In this document: positions 25,266 through 37,900 of the stretch, one piece after another
How positions within the stretch are numbered: the stretch's first letter is position 1
How the letters are laid out: the number at the start of each line of letters is the position of its first letter
Assembly: GCA_002269645.1 (NCBI GenBank)
Contig: NIVC01000262.1
Coordinates: forward strand, 310,001-374,000
Length of the DNA stretch: 64,000 bases
From: Macrostomum lignano
Taxonomy: Eukaryota
Reading direction: 5' to 3'
Program-made: the position numbers and the translations under genes
Notes under the pieces: model-generated
Databases searched by the model: none
Seen by the model: the letters and a program-made list of their open reading frames with translations, nothing else
Told to the model about the DNA's origin: nothing

Positions 25266-25959
25266 CCACTCTCAACTGCCCCTCAGCCATAAGCTGGATT
25301 CTTTTCTGGACTTAGAGGTAAAAGTCTGCCCATTCCTGCTTAGAAAGCCAGTTTGTGGGACGTAGTACTCTCATGGCTGTTCTCATGCTTTGATCATGTC
25401 ACCTTTCTTGCCAATTTGCAAGCCCTGAAAAGAATTTTTGTATCTTCAGCTCCACTGCAGTCTGCATCAGTCTAACAACCAAGGAAATACGCATTTCTTA
25501 GGAGGCCATTTAAAATTTACACAGTACCTTTAAAAGAAACCTAAAATTTCCATGGTGTGCCTAATTTAGTAGGGTTATATTGCATTGCATCGCATCGCCT
25601 TTTCATAAATCTTTCGCTTTTACAAACCATGCTGGATTCCCTCGATTTGCCAATTGCCATCCAGTGTTAAACTGCTGCAGAGTTTGCCAATACAGAGGGG
25701 AGGGCAGTGGTTAGAATTCTCACTAAACTGTTATGGCTAAACGTAGCCTCTCCACTCTCGGGGTGCAGAGAAGGTTATAAATAAAGCTATTCCAAAACAC
25801 TGTACATTCGCTATGTACATTGAGCCCTATCGCCTGACCCTTCGTCTGGACTGCGGGAATGAGTGAGTTGAGCGCCACAAACAACAGAAAAAGCAGACAA
25901 ACTTCACATGCTTACAGTTTCTGTTCTGATTGAGTTACAGAGTTAAGACTTAACATTTA

Positions 25960-26449
25960 GACAGAGAATGAGTCAATGAAGAATTGTGTCAAGTTTGAAG
26001 TCAATCGCTTCACGTGGAGCAAACTTATGGCAGCCGAAAGTTAGTCATTTTAAACCCCTTTTTCACATCTGGGCCCAGATCGGGAAAGAGAGGCAGGCGG
26101 GCGGAGGTTGGGGTGGCTGCCTCGCTGAAAAAACAGCCTAACTTTAAAAGTGCACAGCGGCTTTCAGGAGTAACTTTGAGATTTGAAATTTTACACGATT
26201 GTGTCAAAATAGTTGAAAATTGCCTGTGTCAAATTTGAAGAGAATCGGTAGAAGTGGAGCGGCGCTATGGAGGATTTAGTTAAAAAATCGCGCATTTTGA
26301 GCAGTTTTTTGTACTTTTAGGTAGGAAGACTTGAGTCTAGGAAATTAAAAGGTAGCCTAAGACATTCTCCGTAGTAAGTTTAGGGTGGGTGTAAAGTTTG
26401 GTGTAATTTGGTTGAGCGGTTTGGGAGTCCATAGCGAAGTAATTTGTCC

Positions 26450-26494
<45 letters not shown>

Positions 26495-26520
26495 GTTTTG
26501 ATTTTTATAGGTAGAGATTG
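25960..26520 (+). mobile_element. Helentron-associated non-autonomous element (HINE/DINE-1-like)
   Basis: Internal GTGTCAAATTTGAAG..AATCGG blocks, a (GACA)n microsatellite at ~26450-26493 and terminal TTTTATAGGTAGAGATT. About 230 bp is homologous to 31064-31310. Left boundary uncertain. Confidence 0.55.
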
Positions 26521-29500
26521 CACTAAAAGTTTTTACTAGAATCTTTAACACATTTTAATTTTTTATTTAAAACTGACACCCAAATCTTATTGCGATTTTA
26601 TTGAGTTTATTGCTACAAAAATATTTAAATATAAAAAGAAAAGGCAAAACAAAAGCTTTTTGCCAAAACATTGATTACCAAAATAACTTTTTGCCAACAT
26701 TTTTTGCCAATATTATTTTGCTAAAATGACTGGTTATTAGGCCTAGGCCATGCCCATATGTGATCATCAATAGCAAATTATATACATTCGTCATTGGGTA
26801 GAACAATTGCTATGCTATGGTCAACTTATATTTATATTTACATTATACATTATATTTATATTTACAACTTATATTTTACTATTTTAATTAATAAACCATT
26901 AATCTATTATAGGCCTAATATGTGCCATTAACTTAACTGTATTGGGTAGGCCTATATATAATAAGGTTTACAAACTAGTATAAAAATAAGTTTTCTAGAT
27001 ATAATATATGCCTCAAGTTGAGACTTGAGTCAAGTAATAGTGATGCAGGCCTCTTTCTTGTATTACAAGTTAGGCACCAATGTTGTTGTAGGCTAGGGGT
27101 TACTTCTGCCTTTTAGAATGCTATTACCAAGTTGATATAAAGGTCAAACTTCTCTTCAAATCTCATTTTTTTGCCATTAAAAGTTTTAAAAAGGTTTCTA
27201 ATGTTCCTATTACTTATATACTTTTACTGATATTTAATGTAGAAATCTAACAAAGACTAACTTTATAAAATAACTTATTGCTAAAAATTAACAATTTTAA
27301 AAAATGTATATTCATTCTAAATAATACATTTGATACTGATAGTAGGCCCTATGATCTAGCTATAAGGCTAGATCATTTAGCTAACTTTTTGACACTAAGT
27401 GCCAATTGTTCTATAAATGTTATATGAAAGTTTAGTATAAATAATTGATTTGGCCTATTTTCAATTTTATGTGGCAGTGGGATACCACTGATCAGTGGAA
27501 AACATTATCTGAAATTTATGTAACATCCCCGGGATTTTACCCCCCTACAAACCCGGGATTTTTGTCATCATTTCTTCCAACCTCCAGTGTGAGTTCTCCC
27601 TCTCCTGTCCCTGGCCCTGTTTGTCTTGTCAATGTTTTTGCATTTTCTTCCCATTTGTCCTTGTGCTTTTCTGTCTGGTCCATTCCCGGTGTCCTGCCCT
27701 TGTCACCTTTTCTCCTCTCGCTACCCTTCTCAACGTACTACTTAAACATTGTGCTCAGTGCATTTTTTGCATGCCTTTCCTCTTTCCCCTTCTTCCCTCC
27801 CTTTTCCACTTTTACTACTATTCTCTTGGCTTGATTCTCCGTTTTAACAGCCTTGCATTTAATAGTCATTTTGCGTGAATAGTTAAAATTCATTAGTGCA
27901 TGAGTAGTTTAGTTGCCAAGTAACAGTTTTTTTTCTTTCTTTTAATAGCCTATGCCTCCGGCACCCGTGGAGAAACCTCGTCAGTTATTCAGCCTGCAAA
28001 TTTAACAATAATAATAACTGAAGTAAACTGCAACTTAATAATTCTATTAATATTTCCGTTGACTTTAAGCCATAGTCTCTCTTGAGTCATTGCCTGTGGG
28101 GCGTAAAATAACCAAGTTCTCATCTCAAAGAAAGCTCTGAGACTTACTCGTTTCGTAATACATAAATTATGGTGGTGGCAGCAACTACCCTATTGAAAGC
28201 AACAAGCTCAGCAAATTGACACATTAATTTACGGTGTCAACAATCTCCGGTGTTTCATCACTTTGAACAACCGCGCCACTACACGGCCGCTCTGCTACGA
28301 TTACGACTACCCTCCCCCCGGACTTGAGAACCCGGCAGTCGGAGTAAAAGGAGAAGAAATTCGTTGTGATTTGTCTGCGCGATTTTCTAGAGTTAATTTG
28401 TGTGAACTCAACGCCGCTTGGGTTTTTGAAGAAACCCAACATTTCAAACCCACCAACTTTCAAATTTTTCATTCTTCTCCACCCCCACCTCATATATAAG
28501 CCCTATTAATAACCTTTTCCTAATATTAATATATAGAAAATTGACTAATTTAGTTTGATCTTCTTAATATGGTTTTACAGAAAGTGATAAGTATATACTA
28601 GAATAAATTTTAAGAACAATCTATGTACTATGTATAAATCATTTATATGTTTTATTAGCTACTGCTAGTGTTCCGCCATAAGGAGGGTCTATGTACTATA
28701 GCCATAGCTATAAGCAAAACTATGGCTTATTCCAATATTTTGTATTCCGCAGCCACAGGGACCCTAATATTATCATACTCCTGTAGTTCTCGTAGCTATA
28801 GCCATAGTTTTAACAATAAGTCTAAAAAACAAAATATTTTGATTCAAAAAGATAACCTAGTGCCTAAACAACTGCAAATTAAGTTAAAAAATAAAAGAAA
28901 CATTCAATTGCCTTTGTAAGATTATATTTTGTCTTTTTTCAGAGCAATAATACTTAATTGTGACTGAAAATACTAATGTTGAACTTTTTCACATTTATAA
29001 AAATTAGAGTTTGCTAGAGTTTTATTGTACTTTTTAAGTATATTTTATAAATTTCTAAGTTGACAATATAGTTTACTAAAGTATTATTTTTTATTCTACC
29101 TGTTCTAATATTTTTTTTAATTTAAAAAAATTAAAATTATTAGTTCTACAGCTGCAGGAATCTATGGAATATGACAGCAACTACCATATTTCTATAGTTA
29201 TAGCTGTAAGAGCAGCTAGCTACTATAGGCATATCTGTAGCTGCCATAGGCACCTGGGTCATTCCATATAATGACGGTTGTAACATTCTTACATACAAGC
29301 TCATGAATTAGTCCCTGTAATAAGCTAAAATCGTTTATATTTGAGTCATTCTAAAAGCAAAATATGTCTGTTACACTAAAAAAAAATTGTTTTACTCATT
29401 TGACTAATGATAACAAAATAAATTGAAGGCTAAGTTACATGATGGTCGTAACAAGAGAAATCGAAACAGTTGAAGGATGTCTTTTGTATTTGTGAATTTA

Positions 29501-31063
29501 CTCAATCTACAAATCTTAGAGGCACTGTAATGAATAATAATGTGTTGAAATGTTATTACAACAAGAAAAAATAGTGCACATAATAATTGCATAACAACTC
29601 TTTGAACTATTAAATTTGTTTTAAACCTTGCGGTCGTAACATTGCGGTCGTAACAAATTTCAAACTACTGACTTCTAATTTTTTTCATTTCAGATCAACA
29701 AAGTACTATCCCTTGGCAAATTTCTACCTTTGAATAATAAATGAATAATAGAATAGCTATTTTTTGTGTTATCAACCATTTCAGACCAATATTTTCATCA
29801 CTGAATAGTCAGAAGTTGTGGCAAGCATAAGAAGCATAAGTTGGAAGAATAAGTTCATGGAAGACCATCAAAACGGAAGTGGCCCCGCCTGTCGACAGGA
29901 GTTGGTGGGCTAATTTCCTGAATTATATCTATTTGATAATAATAAATTTCGTCCTTCTTCTTAGGCCACATGAAATGGCGGTCACCAGACATATGCAGAA
30001 TACTAGCTACTGCTATAATCCAAAATTATATTAAAGATCTAGTTTTAAAATATGATTTCTGATTCAACAATGCAAGTTGAAAGGAAATTGATTAAGCATT
30101 TTTGTTAAAATCAATCATATACCTAGATACCTAGATAAATATCTACCAATATACCATTTTTAGTATATAGATTTGAAAGAAAATGCATTTGAATAAAGCA
30201 AGTTGGAAAAATGGTTTATGCATTTAGGATATAAAACTGAAATACTAGTCAGACAAACCTTAAAGATTTGGTATTTTGTGAATATTATAACTTAAAAAAT
30301 TTAGCATTGTAATTTATCCCTTATTGTATTAAATAAATGTATAAGTATTCACCTTTTATAATTCTATTATAAAGTATTATGAAGTACTATGCCACTTTAT
30401 ATATTGTACAAAATATATTATCTATAGAGGTTTCATAAAAATATAGATAATAAATTGCCCCCTAGCTTTGAATATAAATTGTTTTAATTTAAATTTTAAA
30501 TCTTAACTTAGACCTACTACCTACCAAACTCCAATTATACCTTATAGTCCTAGGACCTAAGGATTATTAGAACAAGAATTATTTTTTAGGTTACCAAGGC
30601 TAAAAAATTTATATTTTAAAATTAGGCCCCATAGTTCTATAATAAAACTAAAGAATGTCTTAGAATCTTATCATAACTTCCTCCCAGCCACTCATACAAA
30701 TAATTCTCATTATAAATTATAATATATATATATAAGGCTTTATTAAATAACATTTTTACTAAATAGCTTATAGAAATTTTATAGGGCAAATATTTGCTTT
30801 CAATGTCTTTAAAATTAACTTTATCTAGTCTATAATTAGGTAAAAGGAGGATTTTAACAAAATTAACAAAATTAACAATTTGTTACTAACAAAATGCTAG
30901 CCTGACAAAGTATTAAAAACCAATTCATAAATGAAAAACAGCAAAGTGGAAAGGTAAATAACAACTCAGATTGTATGAACTATTCAAGGTACCTATTGTA
31001 AATCATAATTGTATCTAGCCTGATGTGGAATACAAGAACTTCTTGCAACCAGTGTCAAAAAAG

Positions 31064-31310
31064 ACCCCTTTCACATATCTCTCCAGTGGTCAGGAAGGAG
31101 AGAGGCGGAGGTTGGGGTGGCTGTCTCGTTGACAAAAAGCAGACAAACTTTAAAAGTACACAGTGGCTTTCAGAATTAACTTCGAGACTCGAAACTTTAT
31201 ACACGATTGTGTCAAAATAGTTGAAAACTGATTGTGTCCAATTTGAAGAGGATTGGTAAAGGTAAAATTGGAGCGACGCTATGCAGGACTTAGTGAAAAT
31301 CTTGCTTAAC
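31064..31310 (+). mobile_element. Partial second copy of the 26.0-26.3 kb dispersed element
   Basis: GGCGGAGGTTGGGGTGGCTG, AACTTTAAAAGT.CACAG.GGCTTTCAG and TACACGATTGTGTCAAAATAGTTGAAAA are shared with 26100-26290. Confidence 0.7.
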
Positions 31311-31565
31311 TGGACAAGCAATTGTCTCTAGCTAATTACAACTTCCTGAGTTCGGCTAGCCAAATTGCTGCTTGCCGGTTTTGGTTGGATTCTCGCTAGC
31401 AGATTTCGGCTAGCAAACTTCGGTTGGCCTGATGACTTGGTACTTAAAAGTACATGTTAGTGATTTAAAAAATCATAAATATTATTCGGCTTTGGTTTTA
31501 ACATTTTGCTTACAGCTGACACTAATTGACAATTTTCATAGCAACAATAATCAGCATCATAAATC

Positions 31566-32871
31566 ATGACAAATCGCTCTCGAGATGCTAATTTCCGTCG
31601 CGTCGATGTTGACCAGTACACTGGCGACGATGGTGGCTTCGCAGCAGCTGACGCCGCTGAACTGGATGACGCCGTGTCGCTAGCGATGTCGGATGCTGAA
31701 CTGGCCGACTTGCTGGCTTCCAATGAGGCCACGGCGGCTCTGGCTGCACTGCTGGCTAAGGCGCCTGTGAATGCGCGAAGTCAGGCTGTGAAAGATCAGG
31801 CATTGGGACAGGTTGGTGTTGTTGGATTGTTGCTGATTCTCAGTGCCCCTTCAGGTGATTCTCAGTGCCCCTTCAGGTGATTCTCAGTGCTCCTTCAGGT
31901 GATTCTCAGTGCCCCTTCAGGTAATTCTTAGTGCTCCTTCAAGTGATTCTCAGTGCCCCTTCAGGTGATCTCAGTGCCTCTTCAGGTGATTCTCAGCTGC
32001 TCCTTCAGTTGATTCTCAGCTGCCCCTTCAGGTGATTCTCAGTGCCCCTTCAGGTGATTCTCAGTGCTCCTTCAGGTGATTCTCAGTGCCCCTTTAGGTG
32101 ATTCTCAGTGCCCCTTCAGGTGATTCTCAGTGCCCCTTCAGGTAATTCTCAGTGCCCCTTCAGGTGATTCTCAGTGCCCCTTCAGGTGATTCTCAGCTGC
32201 TCCTTCAGGTGATCTCAGTGCCCCTTCAGGTGATTCTCAGTGCCCCTTCAGGTGATTCTCAGCTGCTCCTTCAGGTGATTCTCAGTGCCCCTTCAGGTGA
32301 TTCTCAGCTGCTCTTTCAGGTGATCTCAGTGCCCCTTCAGGTGATTCTCAGTGCCCCTTCAGGTGATTCTCAGCTGCTCCTTCAGGTGATCTCAGTGCCC
32401 TTCAGGTGATTCTCAGTGCCCCTTCAGGTGATTCTCAGCTGCTCCTTCAGGTGATCTTAGTGCTCCTTCAGGTGATTCTCAGCTGCTCCTTTAGGTGATT
32501 CTCAGTGCCCCTTCAGGTGATTCTCAGTGCCCCTTCAGGTGATTGTCAGTGCCCCTTCAGGTGATTCTCCCCTCTTGAATTCGCACCCGTCTTGAATGGT
32601 TTTTTGAGTTCTTCCTTAAGGCTTTCACATCTCACATCATCCCTCACAGGTGCTCCGAGTCCTGATGCACGTTCGCGGCGCCAATGGCATTGAAAGCTGC
32701 ATCGCCGCTCTGCCGGAGCCCCTGCTGGACCCCCTGATGAAGTACATCTATCGCGGCTTTGAGGTCATCCAGGACAATCACGCGCACCTGTTGACTTGGC
32801 ACGAGAAGGCGGTGGCTAAGGGTCAGATTGGCTGCGTTGTACGGGCGCTCACTGACAGGAAGCGAGTGTAG
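31566..32871 (+). CDS. ARPC5: Actin-related protein 2/3 complex subunit 5 (p16-Arc)
   Basis: Exons 31566-31811 (CAG|GTTGGT) and 32650-32871 (CACAG|G). Motifs FRRVDVDQY, LMKYIYRGFE, LLTWHEKAV and the C-terminal IGCVVRALTDRKRV. Confidence 0.95.
31836..32567. repeat. 21-23-bp minisatellite TTCTCAGTGCCCCTTCAGGTGA, ~30 copies (ARPC5 intron)
   Basis: Direct reading. Confidence 0.93.
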
Positions 32872-33039
32872 CTGGGGCTGGCTGCGAGCTACCCCACTGT
32901 CTATTTAACCATTGTGTGCCCCTTGTAGTGCGCTGGTTTTATTGATAGTTCAACTAGTATTTCTATTGAGTTATTTCATTATCTGCTTATAGTATGAGGG
33001 ACCAAATTAGCATATGACAGTGAATATGCCTACACTGAC

Positions 33040-33570
33040 ACACGCTGGTTCCTATCTGACAACCCTATAACCCATCTGACACCCCTATTATCTCTCTGAC
33101 ACCCGCTTGTTCCTATCTGACAACCCTATAACCTATCTGACACCCGCTGGTTCCTATCTGACAACCCTATAACCCATCTGACACCCGCTGGTTCCTATCT
33201 GACAACCCAGTTACCTATCTGACACCCGCTGGTTCCTATCTGATAACTCTATAACCCATCTGACACCCCAATTACCTATCTGACATCCTCTATTACCTTT
33301 CTGACACCCTTATTAACTAGATGACACCCTCTATTACCTATCTGACACCCGCTGGTTCCAATTACCTATCTGACATCCTCTATTACCTTTCTGACACCCT
33401 TATTAACTAGATGACACCCTCTATTACCTATCTGACACCCGCTGGCTGACAACCCTATTACCTATCTGACACCCTCTATTACCTATCTGACACCCGCTGG
33501 TTCCTATCTGCCGCCCCTATTAGCTATCTGACACCCTCTATTACCTATCTAACATCTGACAACCCCGTTA
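33040..33570. repeat. Degenerate CCTATCTGACACCC repeat between ARPC5 and CEP85
   Basis: Direct reading. Confidence 0.8.
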
Positions 33571-34267
33571 ATTACCCTGACACCTCTACACTTAGCACCT
33601 TGTTCCCTACACAACATATATACTTATAGTAAATACAAGTGTTGCTTTATGTAAACAGTTATTAAATGCCTGGGTATCTGGTTTAGATATTAAATTATTA
33701 TATGCTATATATGCATTAATGCTTAAGTCCTATCATGTTAATTAATTGTTTATTTTGTTATACTAATGCTAATACTGCAATCATGTAGCCATTTCAACTG
33801 ATTCAAAAATGAACGTTCGAGTTATAGAAGCGATCTATGATTTACACCAAGTGATTGCTCATTCCCAATCATCGTTATGTTTGTACACAAAATCAACTTC
33901 TAATTTAATACTGTGTGCATGCTTTATCTGTGCGCTTGACGATTTCTTCTTACAAGCTATATCTAAATTTAGTTACATATATAAGGACTCAGTGTAATCT
34001 GTGTAAGGACCCTGAATGAGTTCGTCTTAATTTCTGCTTGAACAAAAAATTATTGCTCACTTGTGCATTGCTGCTTTCCTTTTAATAATAATTCAACTGA
34101 AACCCTATTAATGAGTGAGCACTTTTGAGTCTGTTGATTTTTTTGTTGGTTTTTTAATTTGTTGTTTTTAGCTGTTAAATTTTAGATTTTTAGAATTTTA
34201 GAAATTTTGGCGCATTACAGCACTGTGCTAGACCACTGGATTACATGTTTAAATGTCAGTTTTAAAC

Positions 34268-34900
34268 GGATGTCAGGTTTCAAGGATGTCAGGTTTCAAG
34301 GATGTCAGGTTTCAAGGATGTCAGGTTTCAAGGATGTCAGGTTTCAAGGATGTCAGGTTTCAAGGATGTCAGGTTTCAAGGATGTCAGGTTTCAAGGATG
34401 TCAGGTTTCAAGGATGTCAGGTTTCAAGGATGTCAGGTTTCAAGGATGTCAGGTTTCAAGGATGTCAGATTTCAGGGATGTCGGTTTCAAGGATGTCAAA
34501 TTTCAAGAATGTCAGGTTTCAGGGATGTCAGGTTTCAGGGATGTCAGGTTTTAAGGATGTCAGACTGTAAGGATGTCAGGTTTCAAGGAGTTCAGGTTTC
34601 AAGGATGTCAGATTTTAAGGGTGTCAGGTTTCAAGGATGCCAGGATTCAAGGATGTCAGATTTCAAGGATGTCAGGTTTCAGGGATGTCAGGTTTCAGGG
34701 ATGTCAGGTTTCAGGGATGTCAGATTTCAAGGATGTCAGGTTTCAAGGATGTCAGGTTTCAAGGATGTCAGGTTTCAAGAATGCTAGATTTAAATGGATG
34801 TCAGATTTCAAGGGTGTCAGGTTTCAAGGATGTCAGGTTTCAGGGATGTCAGTTTTCAAGGATGTCAGGTTTCAAGGATGTCAGGTTTCAGGGATGTCAG
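34268..34900. repeat. 16-bp minisatellite GGATGTCAGGTTTCAA, ~39 copies, upstream of the first detected CEP85 coding exon
   Basis: Direct reading. Confidence 0.93.
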
Positions 34901-34922
34901 ACTTGAGCCTATCAATCATTTC

Positions 34923-37900
34923 ATGATCACCGCTACGGCAGCAACGGACTCGCCAACAGAAATTGCCGGCGGCGGCTGCGGCGCCGACCCGCTAGCTGAT
35001 ATTCTCAATCGACAGCGTCGGCACGAACAGCTGATGTCGCAGAAGCGACTGGCTGCCGCTCCGATGCTTGGCTACAGCTCAGCTGATCAGCCAGAAGTTG
35101 ATTGCAGTGGGCCTTCCAATCAGCTGATGGACCGACAGAAAGCTCAGATCTTGCATCTGGAGGAGGCAAACAGGCGCCTGCTGGCAATGCGCTTAGCTGG
35201 GAATAATCATAATCATCATCATCATGTTGCTGCTGATGAAGCGTCTGCTAACTCGGCAGCTGGAACATTTTTAAGGCAACACGCTAGAGATTTGGCCTAC
35301 GAGAATGCCGCCCTGCGAAGTCGGATAGACAGTCTGACTGCCGAGCTGGCCAGGTAGTTTAATGTTGGCTGCAAAACCGTTTATAACCTGTTGGTTGCGG
35401 TCACGACTGTTCACTGACTGCTATGACCCTTTACTGACAGATTACTTTGAACTGACTCATGACTCTTAAATGACTGCTATGACTCTTGAATGACTACTAT
35501 GGCTCTTAATGACTATTATGACCGCTCACTGACTGCTATGACTGTTCACTGACTGCTATGACTCTTGAATCATTGCTATGACTCTTAAATGACTGCTATG
35601 ACTCTTGAATGACTACTATGGCTCTTAATGACTATTATGACCGCTCACTGACTGCTATGACTGTTCACTGACTGATATGACTCTTGAATGACTGCTATGA
35701 CTGCTTACTGACGGCTATCACTATTCACTGACCGCCATGACCGCTCACTGACTTATGACTCTCATTGTCTTCTGTAACTCTGAACTGACTCCCTAACGAC
35801 CACCATAGCTCCGATCCATGATTGCCCGCTCACTCCATCATTCCAATTGCAAAATCCGGTATTCCCGCCATCTTCATCACGCCAGACAAAGCGCCGAGTT
35901 CGAGCAGAAACTCGCAGCAGCCGAATACGCCGCGGCTCAAGCCGAAGAGGCTGCAACTGTCGCAGCCTCCAAAGCCAACAAAAAACTAGCAAAAGAAGCC
36001 GCCACCGCGTCGGACCTGGAGTCCCAATTTGCCGCCGAAACTGATCGCCGAGAAACTGCCGAACGCGAGCTGGCTAAGTGCAGACGGGAGCAGCGGGATC
36101 TGGAAGACTTTCTGGCCCAATTTCCCACCTTGGAGGAGGTGGCTAAATTGAAATCGGATCGCGCCAGGCTGCTCGCCAGGTCCAGGAAGTATAAGCAGCG
36201 ATGCGCCACGCAGAATCAGCGCCTGGATGAGCAGGTTTGTACTTGCTGACTCTGCACTGAGTCATGTGACACCTTACTGACTCATAGCATATGACACCTC
36301 ATTAACTCATATCATATTAAACCTCACTGACTCATAGCATATGACACCTCACTGACTCATAGCATATGACACCTCACTGACTCATATCATGTGACACCTC
36401 ACTGACTCATAGCATATGACACCTCACTGACTCATCATATGACACCTCACTGACTCATAGCATATGACACCTCACTGACTCATAGCATATGACACCTCAC
36501 TGACTCATAGCATATGACACCTCACTGACTCATAGCATATGACACCTCACTGACTCAAATCATGACACCTCACTGACTCATATCATGTGACACCTCACTG
36601 ACTCATAGCATATGACACCTCACTGACTCAAATCATGACACCTCACTGACTCATATCATGTGACTCCTCACTGACTCATATCATATGACTCCTCACTGAC
36701 TCATATCATTTGACTCCTCACTGACTCATATCATTTGACTCCTCACTGACTCATATCATGACTCCTCACTGACTCATATCATGACTCCTCACTGACTCAT
36801 ATCATGTGACACCTCACTGACTCATGACACCTGTCTGACTTTCTATGACTCGTGTGGCACTTAGCTTGTAAATGGCACCATGACTCATCACACTAATAAC
36901 ACATTACTGACTAATAGGACATCTTATTTATGGTCTTATTTAATGCCTTTTCAGGCCAAGCAGCTCTCGGAGCAGCAAGTAGCCAACGAGAGACTCACGG
37001 ACACTGTTGCCGAGTTGCGTCAGCACGTCAGCGTCCTTAGCAACCGTTTACAATCGCCCGCTGCTGTCGACGACCAATCAGCTGAGCCTCGTGACTTAAT
37101 TGCCGATTTGAAGGCCGAAGCAGCTCGGCACAGTCGAAGATACGACGATTGTCGGCGAGTGCTGGCTGACCGGCAGGCTCAGCTGGCCTCGGTCAAAGCT
37201 GAGCTGGAGCGATGTCGGACTGACTGCTCAGCTAGGCTGGCCGAGAAGGAGGCTGCGCTCAGCTCTGCGCGAGGCGCGACATCGGAATTGCAACGGGATC
37301 TGGGAAAATTGCAACGCCAATTGCTGGACTGCATGGCGGAGAAACAGGTTGGAGAGCTGGATGAGACTATGACAGACTCTGGTTCCATGACTGACTCTAT
37401 GACTGATTTCATGACTGGTTCTATGACCCATTCCATGACTGAGACTATGACTGATTCTGTGACTGATTCCATGACTGATTATATGACGGAATTTATAATT
37501 TATTATTTGACTGAATTTACGACTGATTCCATGACTGACTCTATGACTGATCCTATGACTGATTCTATGTATGCTTAAATAACTGACTCCATGACTGTGA
37601 CTCCATGACTCCACGACTATTTAGATGACCGACGGCTCCATTACTGTTTAGATAACCGAATCTATCTATGACTGTTTATATGACCAACTCTATGACTGTT
37701 TATGTGACCGAATCTATGACTGTTTATGTGACCGAATCTATGACTGTTTATATGACCGAATCTATGACTGTTTATGTGACCGAATCTATGACTGTTTATG
37801 TGACCGAATCTATGACTGTTTATATGACCGAATCTATGACTGTTTATGTGACCGAATCTATGACTGTTTATATGACCAACTCTATGACTGTTTATGTGAC

